Shown piece after piece: positions 19,926-30,076 of a stretch of DNA of 60,394 nucleotides (positions within the stretch are counted from its first letter, which is position 1; each line of letters opens with the position of its first letter). Source of the DNA: a virus (Duplodnaviria > Caudoviricetes); IMG/VR virus record IMGVR_UViG_3300036828_000746, positions 1-60,394 of that record. One strand, given 5' to 3'. The position numbers and the translations under genes were made by a program. The notes beneath the pieces were generated by a model. That model saw nothing but the letters and a program-made list of their open reading frames with translations, made no database searches and was not told where the DNA came from.

Positions 19926-20144
19926 ATGCCCACCTTCATCACTCTCGACAACATGCTTCACCTCTCCTGGATCGTCGCGATCATCATCTTGATCCGCAAG
20001 CGGCACGAGATCCTGGAGACGCTGAAGAAACTGTCTTGGGGGTGGCGTATCGTGATCGGCGCGGCGCTCATCGCGTGTGCGTTCATCCCGGGCCCGGTCG
20101 ATGACATCATCGTCCTGGCGCTCATCGCGAAGGTCGGCCGGTAA
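19926..20144 (+). CDS. Small membrane protein (DUF1232-like IPGPVDD motif)
   Basis: Hydrophobic segments; FIPGPVDDII. Confidence 0.55.
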   Translation: MPTFITLDNMLHLSWIVAIIILIRKRHEILETLKKLSWGWRIVIGAALIACAFIPGPVDDIIVLALIAKVGR

Positions 20145-20169
20145 ACCTCAACCAACAAGGAGACATACC

Positions 20170-20780
20170 ATGATCACTTTCAGCGATTCACTCTACTTCC
20201 GCTCACACGGTCGCGCGCCGAAAGGTCGCGGCGGATGGCTGTTCATCGACGCCGATCGCTACGACGACAGGCGCGAGCTCGATTGGGACCACGTTCGCAA
20301 CTTCAATGGCACCCTGACCGAAGCGAAGCAGCAAGCTCGCAGGGTGTACCCGCCGAACGCTTACGTCCTGATCCTGCCGTAAAACAAAATACTCGCGTCG
20401 AGCGACCCCGGTTGATATGATCGGGGTCGTTTGACGTTCAACCCCCACCAAACACGAAGGAGTACGACGTGAACATCATGTCCGGGTATTCGATGACCGT
20501 CCGCCCGCTGATGCCTGAAGACGTGGACGTGCATAAGTTCGACCTCGGTGACCACGATCCCGATATGTGCGTCGCCGTCGAGGCTGCTGACCTCGGCCCG
20601 TGTCTGTGCGCGGTGATCGACCTCACGCGTCACGGACACAACCCGCTCGTTTGGTCGCAGGTACCCTCGACCGAACGCCCAGAGGCAGAGGAATGGGTCG
20701 CGATCACGGACGAACACTTCGCGGACAACGTCGCCGCTACGCTCGCGACCCTGTTCCCGGACATCCTGGAGAAAAGCTAA
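20170..20780 (+). CDS. Two hypothetical proteins (20170-20382, 20469-20780)
   Basis: CAAGGAG/AAGGAG RBS. Confidence 0.6.
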
Positions 20781-20817
20781 GGATTCAATAAGATGGCACG
20801 GGAACGCTTGATTCCCG

Positions 20818-20840
20818 TGTCATCATGTTGGAGAAGGAAC
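20818..20840 (+). promoter_or_regulatory. Early-promoter motif variant (TGTCATCATGTTGGAGAAGGAAC)
   Basis: Degenerate copy preceding ORF 20866-21177. Confidence 0.5.
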
Positions 20841-20865
20841 AAAACACACCCCACAAGGAAACGAC

Positions 20866-21177
20866 ATGACCACGCTACCCGAAAAGATCAAACTCAACGA
20901 CGATGAGCGCTCGCGCATCCGTTGGGCGTCCACAAAGAAAGGCTTCGTGGTCCGCACCGAGTTCGAGAAGCATTGGACACGGCGTGGCAACCGCGACATC
21001 CGCCCAATGCGTTCCCGCGCATACACGACGGAGGCGGAGGCGCGCCGCAACGCTGGCGACGTCCGCAACCGGCCGCTGTTCGTGTCGGGCACGCGTCATC
21101 CCGCGATCGTCGCGGAAGTGCAGATCCTGCAGGTTGACGCGCTCGGCAACGTCGTTGACCTGATCGAGGTCCTCTGA
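20866..21177 (+). CDS. Hypothetical protein
   Basis: CAAGGA RBS; TGATG coupling to the next gene. Confidence 0.6.
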   Translation: MTTLPEKIKLNDDERSRIRWASTKKGFVVRTEFEKHWTRRGNRDIRPMRSRAYTTEAEARRNAGDVRNRPLFVSGTRHPAIVAEVQILQVDALGNVVDLIEVL

Positions 21178-22031
21178 TGCTCACACCAACAGCAGCACGC
21201 ATTGCACGCACGAACTACGACGCGCTGGCCGCATTGCGCAATCGGATGGCGCCGGGGGATGTCGCATGGGATACAATCAACGCACGAGTGGAGGAGGCCC
21301 GCCAAGCAATGAAGGGAATGCCCGACGACATGATCACCCTCGGTGAACTTCACACCGCGTTCCGATGCGTACACGATCACGGTCCCGTAAGCAGCAAACG
21401 TGTAGGCAGCGCGATTCAATCGTCCACCGTGCGCGCCGGCAACGCGCTGCGCCAGTTGGAGGACGCGGGCCTCGTGCATGATCACGAAGGCGAGTGGGTC
21501 GCCTTCGTCAACGATCTTTCCCCCGAGGAAGCGAATGGCGCGTTCGACGCGGCTTTCCCAGGACTCGGGACAACCACCAAAACCAAACCACCGCGCTCGA
21601 AGAGCGCACAACCCAACAAGGAGCCAATCATGGCCACAGCAACAACCACCGGCGCGTTCACCCTCGACAAGGGCAAGCCCGCTGGCGTCAAGGCAGAGCA
21701 GGTCGCAAAGATGATCGGCGCGCTGCAGAAGTCAAAGGACCCGATCGCGTTCGACACGCTCTGCAAGCAGGTCGGAGCGAAGTACCCGCAGGACGTCCAG
21801 GCGGCGATGTTCGCACTCGACATCATCGGCGCGGTCAAGCGCTACACGTTCGTTGAGGAAGGCAGCACGCGCTCACGTGTCGCGTACGGTTGGGTCGCTG
21901 CTGACGACAACGAGGGTGAGACGGATGATGCCGCACGCCCTACCAAGTCGACCTCGACCGCCTCAAAGCCACGCTCGCGGCGTACGAAGAAGACGGAGGA
22001 GGCACCGGAAGCAACGCCGGCGGCAGCGTAA
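21177..22031 (+). CDS. Two-winged-helix protein with probable internal start at 21630
   Basis: N-domain resembles 14732-15310; C-domain resembles 8457-8957; in-frame ACCCAACAAGGAG-ATG at 21611-21632. Confidence 0.75.
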   Translation: MLTPTAARIARTNYDALAALRNRMAPGDVAWDTINARVEEARQAMKGMPDDMITLGELHTAFRCVHDHGPVSSKRVGSAIQSSTVRAGNALRQLEDAGLVHDHEGEWVAFVNDLSPEEANGAFDAAFPGLGTTTKTKPPRSKSAQPNKEPIMATATTTGAFTLDKGKPAGVKAEQVAKMIGALQKSKDPIAFDTLCKQVGAKYPQDVQAAMFALDIIGAVKRYTFVEEGSTRSRVAYGWVAADDNEGETDDAARPTKSTSTASKPRSRRTKKTEEAPEATPAAA

Positions 22032-22646
22032 ACAGCACAGGCCCGCGGGTATCGGTGGACGTGATCGCTGCTACCCGCGAGGCCGGGTGCCGATGCGAGG
22101 ACGAGGAATACATGCAAGCACTCTACCCCCGCGTTCGCGGGTTTCTCAGAGAAGGTATGTTCGTGTCCGACCTCACCCGCTTGGGATCAGGTTGCACCGA
22201 GGGGCAATGGGTTTGCCCTCGCCTCGACAAACTACGGCGCAGATACGGACGCTAATGACTGTGGGGATCATCGTCGCGGTCGTAGCAATCGCCGCGTTCG
22301 CGCTGTTCCTGTGGGTCGTCTTCGGCCCGTGGGGTGATCCGCCACCATGACACGCAGCACAGGGGCGTCCGCATCGGGCGCCTTCTGCGCGTGTACGATC
22401 GAGACACGATGTCCCGCCCGCTAAGCACAAGGCCCCTGACGTTGAGGCAACTCCACACCCTCGACAAACTCGACGCGTACGACCCAGCAGCGAAGGTCGT
22501 GGGATGGATGTTTTACGGTCCCCTCATCCGCGTGCAGGAGCGCTACGTGTACATCCTGCCTGATGGCGCGGCGATCAACGTCCCACGCGCTGTCCTCTTC
22601 CCAAATGAAGAATAGGCGAAGTGTTATCCGGAAACACCCGCTGACG

Positions 22647-22669
22647 TGTCAATATGTTGGTGTAGGCAA
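22647..22669 (+). promoter_or_regulatory. Repeated early-promoter motif copy
   Basis: TGTCAATATGTTGGTGTAGGCAA. Confidence 0.8.
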
Positions 22670-22688
22670 ACGACAAGGAGACACCGAC

Positions 22689-23767
22689 ATGAGCAACTAC
22701 ACCCCCGATGACCGCCGCTACATGACCCACGAAGAGCGAGCGATTGACAACCCCCGCTACCGCGGCAAGGTCGAGAAGCGCGTGCCGGCGATCGTCACCT
22801 GCTATTGCGGCAAGACGGTGATCGAAGCAGCGGGTCGTCCGACTGGTTACACCTGCCCGCGTGGGTGCGACGAGAGCAAGGATCGCGTGAAGCGGATGGA
22901 GATCCTGGAGCGTCGGTCGTATGACATGCGCTTCTCGTCCGCGTTGCGCGCTCGCGCCGCACGCGAGGCAGACAACATCCGCCGCGCGATCGAGCGGAGC
23001 GCACGATGAACCAGGACACGAAACAGCAGAAAGCGATCTTGCGTCAGAGCAAGTCGGCACGTGCCGCCCGCAAGAAGTTCCCGGTGGGCGCACACGTCAC
23101 GAGCGCAGACCACGAAGGATTGCCTGTCGGCGTCGTCGTGCGCCACGTGCCGGGCAGCAGTGCCCAAGGCGGCGTGATCGTCGTACAATGGCCGAACGGC
23201 CAAATCGGCCGCCACGGGCCCATCACTTTACGAGTAGTCAACTAAAACCCAACAAGGAGAACCCATGCTGAGCAAAGACATCAAACCCGGATCCTACTAC
23301 CGCGTACGCTTCCAACGCTGGGGCGGCGAGACAGAGTACGACAAGTACGTCCGAATCGAACGCCTCGCAGACCTGCGCTACGACGGCGACATCTACGTCT
23401 GGGAAGGCAGACGCTTCCAGGTGCGAGGCACGTTCCTCATCCGGATCGCTGCCCGCGACATCATCGAGGAGACGTTTCCTGATGAAAAGGCACAGCGCAT
23501 CCTGCGCCTGATGGAGGCAGAAGGCGAGGTGACAACAGCGTGAAGTGCAACGCAAATGTCCGTGGAGGTGGGCAGTGTCAACTTGATGCTGGCCACCGTG
23601 GGCATCATTCGACTGTGACCTACGGATGTGACGGGTGCGGCAAACGTCGTCGCGGCACTCCGTACCGCTGGTCGCCTGACGGTGAGTACGAGAGGGGCTT
23701 GGCGTTCTGCTTCATGTGCGTCCTTGAAGACGAACGGCGCGCCGAGGAGATGGGTTGGGAAGGATGA
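22689..23767 (+). CDS. Four small hypothetical proteins (22689-23009, 23006-23245 SH3-like, 23265-23543, 23540-23767 Cys-rich)
   Basis: RBS motifs and ATGA/GTGA overlaps. Confidence 0.6.
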
Positions 23768-23823
23768 ACACGTCGCGGGAGGTGAAGGATTATCTAAGGA
23801 ACATCCGGACGCCTCCCGCGTCG

Positions 23824-23846
23824 TGTCAATATGTGGGTGTAGGAAC
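23824..23846 (+). promoter_or_regulatory. Repeated early-promoter motif copy
   Basis: TGTCAATATGTGGGTGTAGGAAC upstream of the helicase. Confidence 0.8.
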
Positions 23847-23870
23847 AAACCCGCACAACAAGGAGATCAA

Positions 23871-25721
23871 ATGACAACCACCAACACCCGCCCGCTTGAA
23901 GTAGACGGGAAGGACATCATCGTCTTCCCGCCGAAGTACCCATCCCAGGAGGTCAAGGACGAACTCGGTGGCAAGTGGGACAAGGAGCACAAGGGGTGGC
24001 GCGTTGCGCCCACCGCGCTGAACGTGCAGGTCCTCGTGTCGTGGTACGGCGAAGAGATCCTTGACGGCGCGCCCACCGCGGTACGCGAACTGTTCACCGA
24101 GGAGTGGGGATTCCCGGGATGGTACGTGCCGGGCACGACCACGCCGAACGATCACCATAACGCGTTGCGCGAGCGCGCCGAGAATCACCCGAAGTGGAAC
24201 GACCTGTATCCGTTCCAGCGGGTCGCCGTCGAATACCTCTGTACCAACCCACACCGCGGCGCGCTGCTCGCGCTGTCGCCGGGCCTGGGCAAGACGCCGG
24301 TGAGCGCCGTCGCGATGGATGTCCTCAACTGCACGCGTGTCCTCGTTCTTGCACCGCTGACGCTGGCGCGGAACTGGATCGCGGAAATGGACACGTGGTC
24401 ATGCGAGTATCGGTCGATGTCGCGTGCGACCGCCGCTGAAAAGGATCCGAAGACGGAGTTCGTCGTCACGAACTTTGAGACGCTGTTCGAAGCGATCTTC
24501 CGTGACGAGAACGGCAACGTCGTTGACGTTCCCGGCGGGCCTCGCAAGCAGAAGGAATGGATCGACGCAGGCCCGAAGAAAATCGCGCCGAACGGCAAGC
24601 GCGTACCTGCCCGGGAGCGCATCGTGCAAGCACGCAAGTCGTACGCCTCGCAGGATTGGGACCTCGTCCTTGTTGACGAGTCGATCCTCTTCAAGAACCG
24701 CAAGGCGGTCAAGGTAGGCGTCGTGCAGCAACTCGCGAAGTTCAGCAATCAGGTGTGGCTCCTGAGCGGGTCGCCAACGTCGAAGTATCGGGACGACCTG
24801 TTCCCGCAACTGCAGACGATCATGCCGCGTGGGTTCACGTCCTACTGGCGCTTCGCGGAGATGTTCACCGTAGTCGAGCGTGGCAAGTGGGGATGGGACA
24901 TCGTTGGCGATCGTCCCGGCGTTGATGTTCACTCGCTGCTGCGTGACTTCCTGTTCGCCCGCGACCAGTCAGAGGTGTTGCCTGACCTGCCGGATTACAT
25001 TTACCGCCCGATCGCGCTCAACCTGAACGCCGAGCAGGCCCGCGCACACCGCAGCATGAACGATGAGTGGATCGCGAAGGTCGAGGCAGCGATGCAAGGC
25101 GACGAGGTCAAGGCGCCGAATCGCCTCGCTCAGATGACCCGCCTGCAGCAGATCACGAGCAACACCGTGAACCTGACGAAGGACGACGGCAAGGCGTATC
25201 CGAACAGCAGCGCGAAGGAGGATGCGCTGGTCGACCTCATTGCGAACGAAGAGGTGGAGACGCCGCTGCTCGTGTGGGTCAATTACGTTCCGACCGGCGA
25301 GTCGTACAAGGCGAGGATTGAGAAGGAGTTCAAGGACCTCAGCGTCGCCTTCGTCCACGGCGACGCAACGACGACGAGCAGAAAGGCACAGCGGGAAGAC
25401 ACGCTGCAGTCTTTCAAGGACGGCAACCTCGACGTGTTGATCATGCAGTACAAGGTTGGCAAGTTCGGGCACACGTTCACGCAGACCCGCACCGTGTACT
25501 ACGCCGATCGCTCGTGGGACGCTGACGACATCGTCCAGTCGCTGCGCCGCGTGCGCCGCATTGGCCTCACGCACTCGCCCGTGTTGATCGTCCCGCGTTG
25601 CCCGGGCACGATTGATGACCTCGTAGAGAAGATCCTCGAAGGCAAGTTGACTTCGATCAGCAACGTGAGCAACGCTGACCTGATTGAGCTCCTACGCTCG
25701 CTTGGACGCGATGCCCGCTGA
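23871..25721 (+). CDS. SNF2-family (SF2) helicase
   Basis: LYPFQ Q-motif, PGLGKT Walker A, VDES Walker B, LSGSP motif III, QSLRRVRRIG motif VI; ATG 23871 after AAGGAG. Confidence 0.9.
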   Translation: MTTTNTRPLEVDGKDIIVFPPKYPSQEVKDELGGKWDKEHKGWRVAPTALNVQVLVSWYGEEILDGAPTAVRELFTEEWGFPGWYVPGTTTPNDHHNALRERAENHPKWNDLYPFQRVAVEYLCTNPHRGALLALSPGLGKTPVSAVAMDVLNCTRVLVLAPLTLARNWIAEMDTWSCEYRSMSRATAAEKDPKTEFVVTNFETLFEAIFRDENGNVVDVPGGPRKQKEWIDAGPKKIAPNGKRVPARERIVQARKSYASQDWDLVLVDESILFKNRKAVKVGVVQQLAKFSNQVWLLSGSPTSKYRDDLFPQLQTIMPRGFTSYWRFAEMFTVVERGKWGWDIVGDRPGVDVHSLLRDFLFARDQSEVLPDLPDYIYRPIALNLNAEQARAHRSMNDEWIAKVEAAMQGDEVKAPNRLAQMTRLQQITSNTVNLTKDDGKAYPNSSAKEDALVDLIANEEVETPLLVWVNYVPTGESYKARIEKEFKDLSVAFVHGDATTTSRKAQREDTLQSFKDGNLDVLIMQYKVGKFGHTFTQTRTVYYADRSWDADDIVQSLRRVRRIGLTHSPVLIVPRCPGTIDDLVEKILEGKLTSISNVSNADLIELLRSLGRDAR

Positions 25722-26138
25722 CCGCGTCCCACGTGCGCTCCGGCGCGGCTGGCAGAACAATCGTCCTGCCTGGTCGCGCCGTTGTCGTTGGTACGAGTGG
25801 CGCAGCAATGAGGGCGTGTCGATTCGTCTGCAGTTCGAAACCCGCGACCTCACGACAGGAACGCGTAAGCGCGTGAACCGCTTTTACTCAGATGACGCGC
25901 TCGCGCTCAACGACATGGAGCGATTCGAGCAAGGCGAGTCATTGCGCGTTCTACGTAATGAAGCAGACACGTAACCGCTGCTGCGACCTCACACGCTGCC
26001 CGCTAAGCGGTTTCCACGGGTCAGCGAAGGGGATTCGTTGGACCCGCGTTTCTTAGCGCTTAGAACCGCTTAGATTGCCTCTGACGAACATCCCGACACA
26101 TCTTTTCCCGCATTTTGCAGGAACTTCTCAACTTCGCA

Positions 26139-26168
26139 TTGACATAGCAAGGAGGCACGCGATACGCT
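26139..26168 (+). promoter_or_regulatory. Primary-sigma-like promoter for the replication operon
   Basis: TTGACA-18 nt-TACGCT. Confidence 0.55.
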
Positions 26169-26203
26169 CGTTGCTTCGCGTTCAACTTGCAAACCCGACA
26201 AGG

Positions 26204-26572
26204 ATGATACTCCTCGCTATTGACCCAGGAATCACCACAGGCGTCGCCCTCCTTGACTACGATGGCTCAGTGATCGAGTCATACGAAGTCAGCGGGGACG
26301 AGGCTTACGCGATCGTCGCCCTCATTGCGGAGCAGGTAAGCAATGAAGTCGTCATCGAGCGTGGTCCCGCAGCACGTAGCAATATCTTCCTAGATGAATT
26401 GGACGGGTGGCTTCGCGCCGTTTACCCAGACGCTCATTGGATGTACCCCGGTGAGTGGAAAGGCACGCCTCGGGCACTGCAAGAAGTGAATGGCGTCCCC
26501 TCGCACCACGCGAAGGACGCTGTCCGCATGGGACGTGAGTTCCTATTCCAGCGGGCGCTCACTTCGACGTGA
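26204..26572 (+). CDS. RuvC-like Holliday junction resolvase
   Basis: ILLAIDPGITTGVA...VVIE...PGEWK...HAKDA RNase H-fold motifs. Confidence 0.8.
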   Translation: MILLAIDPGITTGVALLDYDGSVIESYEVSGDEAYAIVALIAEQVSNEVVIERGPAARSNIFLDELDGWLRAVYPDAHWMYPGEWKGTPRALQEVNGVPSHHAKDAVRMGREFLFQRALTST

Positions 26573-27831
26573 CGACAGCACGCAAGCGTTACAAGATTCG
26601 TAGTCGTCCCCAGGCACGAGGGCAAACCAACCTGATTCGTCCCGAACGCCCGCTCGACCTCACGAGAAGCGTTCGGGACATATCAGTTACAGAACGCGGA
26701 GCGTTCAGGTCGTGCCATCGTCGTTGGCGCCTGGAGGTCGTTGACAACCTGACGCCGAAAGCGCCCACATGGGCGTTCCAGTTTGGAACGGGCATCCACG
26801 CTGCGCTCGAAGCGTACTACGGAATCGTTGCGGGCACAATCAAGCCGAAAGGCGATCCACTCGACTACGTCCAATCCGTGTTCGAAAAGTGGTACCAACA
26901 AATGGACCACGAGCAGGCGATCCTCCTCGGTGGGTTGTATACGGACGAAGCGAAGAATGAGGTGTGGGAATTGCGCAACCTCGGCATGACCATGCTCACG
27001 AACTACGCTGAGTATTCAGCAGACATCGCAGAGCACGATCCTTGGGAGATCGTCGCGATCGAAGGCCGTGGCGCTGAAACCCTCGGCGCCGGTCCTCCGA
27101 AAGGATACCCGCCCGCGTTCCTCCAAGAAGGGCGCGTCCTTGTCCCGATCGTCAACCCGCGAACGCTCGAAGCGCTCCCAGGCATGCCGTGCCTGTCAGG
27201 TCGGATTGATCTGATCACTCGCCGGCGGGGCAAGTTGTGGGTTGTCGATCACAAGACGACAGCGACACAACCGAACGATCGAGGCATCGACTTCGAGGAT
27301 CAGATCACGGGATACTCCTACATCGTGTGGCGACTCACGGGAGTCCTCGTACGTGGGACCATGTTCAATTACTTAGTCAAACAAGCGCCGAAGCCCCCGC
27401 GGCGTATCCAACCAACGAAGGACAACCCGACGGGCCTCAGCACCGCGAAGGATCAGTTATGCTTAGCGCGTGACTACAGGGAGGCGTTGATCGAGGGCGG
27501 GTTGATGGTGCGAGGGGAGATCGTATCGAAGAAGCATAGCGAGTGCTATGCTGCACTTCTCTCAACGGGGTGGGACCCGTACTTCAAGCGCTTTGAGGTA
27601 CAGCGCAATCAGCATGAGATCCAATCGTTCGAGCAGCGCTTGTTCTACGAACGGGAGGACATGTTCAGGGCGTACGAACACGAGGAGTGGGCGTACCCGA
27701 ACCCCTCAACTTGGCATTGTCCGTCGTGTTCAGTCGCACCGATATGCCAGGCAATCGAAGACGGATCAGACGTTGAGGGCATCATTGAATCGCGCTACAT
27801 GCAAGCGCCCGACCGTAAGGTTGAGAGGTGA
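26569..27831 (+). CDS. PD-(D/E)XK exonuclease, Cas4/RecB-like with Fe-S cysteines
   Basis: SCHRRW...FGTGIHAALE...GRIDL...VVDHKT...Q...Y...CPSC....IC. Confidence 0.85.
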   Translation: MTTARKRYKIRSRPQARGQTNLIRPERPLDLTRSVRDISVTERGAFRSCHRRWRLEVVDNLTPKAPTWAFQFGTGIHAALEAYYGIVAGTIKPKGDPLDYVQSVFEKWYQQMDHEQAILLGGLYTDEAKNEVWELRNLGMTMLTNYAEYSADIAEHDPWEIVAIEGRGAETLGAGPPKGYPPAFLQEGRVLVPIVNPRTLEALPGMPCLSGRIDLITRRRGKLWVVDHKTTATQPNDRGIDFEDQITGYSYIVWRLTGVLVRGTMFNYLVKQAPKPPRRIQPTKDNPTGLSTAKDQLCLARDYREALIEGGLMVRGEIVSKKHSECYAALLSTGWDPYFKRFEVQRNQHEIQSFEQRLFYEREDMFRAYEHEEWAYPNPSTWHCPSCSVAPICQAIEDGSDVEGIIESRYMQAPDRKVER

Positions 27832-27837
27832 AGTGAA

Positions 27838-28008
27838 GTGGCGGAACAACAAGAAACGCTCACCGCTGAGTACGATCGCGACACGACGAAAGGCAAGCGT
27901 CGCTACCGCATCGAGAACGGAGTTGTGTCGGGTACCTTGTACATCGCGCCCGATGACCCGCGCGCCAAGTATGACAAACTCGTGGTCGAACTCAAACCAG
28001 CGGTGTAG
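27838..28008 (+). CDS. Small hypothetical protein (56 aa)
   Basis: GAGGTG RBS; fills the gap between exonuclease and ATPase. Confidence 0.5.
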   Translation: MAEQQETLTAEYDRDTTKGKRRYRIENGVVSGTLYIAPDDPRAKYDKLVVELKPAV

Positions 28009-28011
28009 GAC

Positions 28012-29073
28012 GTGGAGGTCATATCGCCCACAGACAGGCGCTACTGCAAGGCGCTCATCTTTGCTCCTGCAGGCGCCGGCAAAACTGTCCTCCTCGGCAC
28101 AGCACAAGCAGACGAGCGAACGTACCCAATGCTCCTGCTTGACTTCGAAGGAGGCACGGAGTCACTCGCAGGCCTTGACATCGACACCGTGCCGATCAGA
28201 TCCTGGGAGGACTACAACCAGGCCTACGAAGCGCTTGCGAACGGCGACACCATGGAGTTCGATGACGACGACGGCGGGTACTCGATCGACTTCAGCGCAT
28301 ACCGATCACTCGGCATCGACTCGATCTCAGAGACGCACAAGTTCGCACTCCTAGAAATCCTCCGCAAGGAAGGCCCGTCGCGCCGCGACCCCGACCTTGT
28401 CGAGCAAGGCGACTACGGGCGCGCCACGACGCAGATGCGCCGCTTGTTGCGTGAGTTTCGCGACCTCGACCTCCACGTGTTCTTCGCTGCACACGCCAAG
28501 GAGATGGACGTCCCGCGGGAAGGGCGTGTTCGTGTGCCCGACCTCGCGGGGCAACTCGCTGAGGAGGTGTCGGGCCTCATGTCGATCGCTGGGTACTTGG
28601 CTCAGTTCGAGGATGATGACGGGTCGATGCACCGCACGCTCCTGCTGCACTCGTTTCCCAAGTTCAGGATCAAGGCACGAACACGATGGGGCGTTGAAGC
28701 GCCAGCAGAAATCATTGACCCGACGATCACGAAGATTCTCGACGCACTCGGGTACGGTGAGTCAACGTTCGAGCAACAGGGGTCGAGTCGCGGGAAGCAG
28801 GTTGAGGATGAGGTTCCAGAGGACGAACCCGACCGTCTTCCGGGGCGTGAGGCGTCAGCAGGCGCGCTAAGCGGTGAAGATGATAATTCCGACGTATCCC
28901 CTGGGGAGGAGGATTCTGAGCCGGAGAACGAGGCAGATGAGGTCGATCTGGATCTGACCACCATGACGCTACGTGAGATGAAGGCGTACGCGGTGGAGGC
29001 AGGCATCGACCTCAATGGCGCACGGACGCGCACAGCAGCACGCGACATCATCGAACGAGCAATGGAACCCTAA
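28012..29073 (+). CDS. Sak4/AAA_24-like recombination ATPase with acidic linker and C-terminal Rho-N/HeH-like motif
   Basis: APAGAGKT, LDFEGG, IDSISE, FAAH motifs; context with exonuclease and DUF669. Confidence 0.8.
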   Translation: MEVISPTDRRYCKALIFAPAGAGKTVLLGTAQADERTYPMLLLDFEGGTESLAGLDIDTVPIRSWEDYNQAYEALANGDTMEFDDDDGGYSIDFSAYRSLGIDSISETHKFALLEILRKEGPSRRDPDLVEQGDYGRATTQMRRLLREFRDLDLHVFFAAHAKEMDVPREGRVRVPDLAGQLAEEVSGLMSIAGYLAQFEDDDGSMHRTLLLHSFPKFRIKARTRWGVEAPAEIIDPTITKILDALGYGESTFEQQGSSRGKQVEDEVPEDEPDRLPGREASAGALSGEDDNSDVSPGEEDSEPENEADEVDLDLTTMTLREMKAYAVEAGIDLNGARTRTAARDIIERAMEP

Positions 29074-29108
29074 CAAGGAAAAGGACAAGGACACCATGGG
29101 TTGGATGC

Positions 29109-29531
29109 GTGAACTTACTCGTCCGAGGTAAAGACACTAAATTGGTCAAAGACGCCACACAGGTCTTCATGTTCGAGATACCCGAAGACCCACGGTTCCG
29201 AAAGGGGTGTGTCATCGGAGATCCTATTCTCTGCACAGCAGCAAAAGCAATCGGACAAGAGCCTCATGTAGAGTTCGCATTCGTCGGCGCGAATGTCGCG
29301 ATTGTCGAGTTCGATGCTGGAGACATCCTTCGCTATACACACAACGGGTTGATCCCCAAATCTCAGGATGACCTGTTGATGGCCCCTCCAGGAATCTACT
29401 ACTTGATCCCACCTTGCCCGAGCAAATGCTTAGGTGCTCAACGCCGAGTAGGCACAGGCAAGAAGAAGAACCCGAATGCTGGACGGCGTAAGTCGTTCAC
29501 ATACACAACGGCAGGGCAATTGAGGAGCTGA
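29109..29531 (+). CDS. Hypothetical protein
   Basis: Fills the gap between ATPase and SSB; slightly lower GC. Confidence 0.55.
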   Translation: MNLLVRGKDTKLVKDATQVFMFEIPEDPRFRKGCVIGDPILCTAAKAIGQEPHVEFAFVGANVAIVEFDAGDILRYTHNGLIPKSQDDLLMAPPGIYYLIPPCPSKCLGAQRRVGTGKKKNPNAGRRKSFTYTTAGQLRS

Positions 29532-29564
29532 CCTAAGTATGGACAACGAACGAGAGGAAGACGC

Positions 29565-30074
29565 ATGACGCGAGTCACCATCAACTTCAGTGAAGTCGAA
29601 GGCGGGTTTGAGCCTGTGCCCGAGGGGACGTATCGCTGCGAGATCGTCACGGTCGAATGCCGCGAGTCGAAGTCGTCTGAGAACGATTACCTGAACTGGG
29701 AGTTCAAAATCCTCGACGGCGATGGCGCCGAAGGACAGCACCTGTGGATGATCACGTCGCTGTCACCACGCGCGCTGTTCCGCCTCAAGGATGTGTTTGA
29801 GGCACTCGACGTCTTGGAAGACGAGATGAACTTGGACTTCGATGACGACGTGGAAATCACGCCGACTGCCGGCCCACGCATGCTGGAACCAGACGTCGAA
29901 GGGTTGGAGTGCGTCGTCGTAGTCAAGAATGAGATGTACGAGAACCGCGAGCGCAACCGGGTCAACGAGGTGCGCCCCGCCAAGGCGCAGAAGGTACAAA
30001 GCAGAAACGGTGGCGATCGCCCAGCGCGTTCGTCATCGCGCAGTGATAAGCCGTCACGCCGCGCGCTTCGGTAA
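29565..30074 (+). CDS. DUF669-like single-stranded DNA-binding protein
   Basis: FEPVPEGTYRCEI...YLNWEFKILDG...LEC.VVV..EMY...RNRV. Confidence 0.8.
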   Translation: MTRVTINFSEVEGGFEPVPEGTYRCEIVTVECRESKSSENDYLNWEFKILDGDGAEGQHLWMITSLSPRALFRLKDVFEALDVLEDEMNLDFDDDVEITPTAGPRMLEPDVEGLECVVVVKNEMYENRERNRVNEVRPAKAQKVQSRNGGDRPARSSSRSDKPSRRALR

Positions 30075-30076
30075 TC

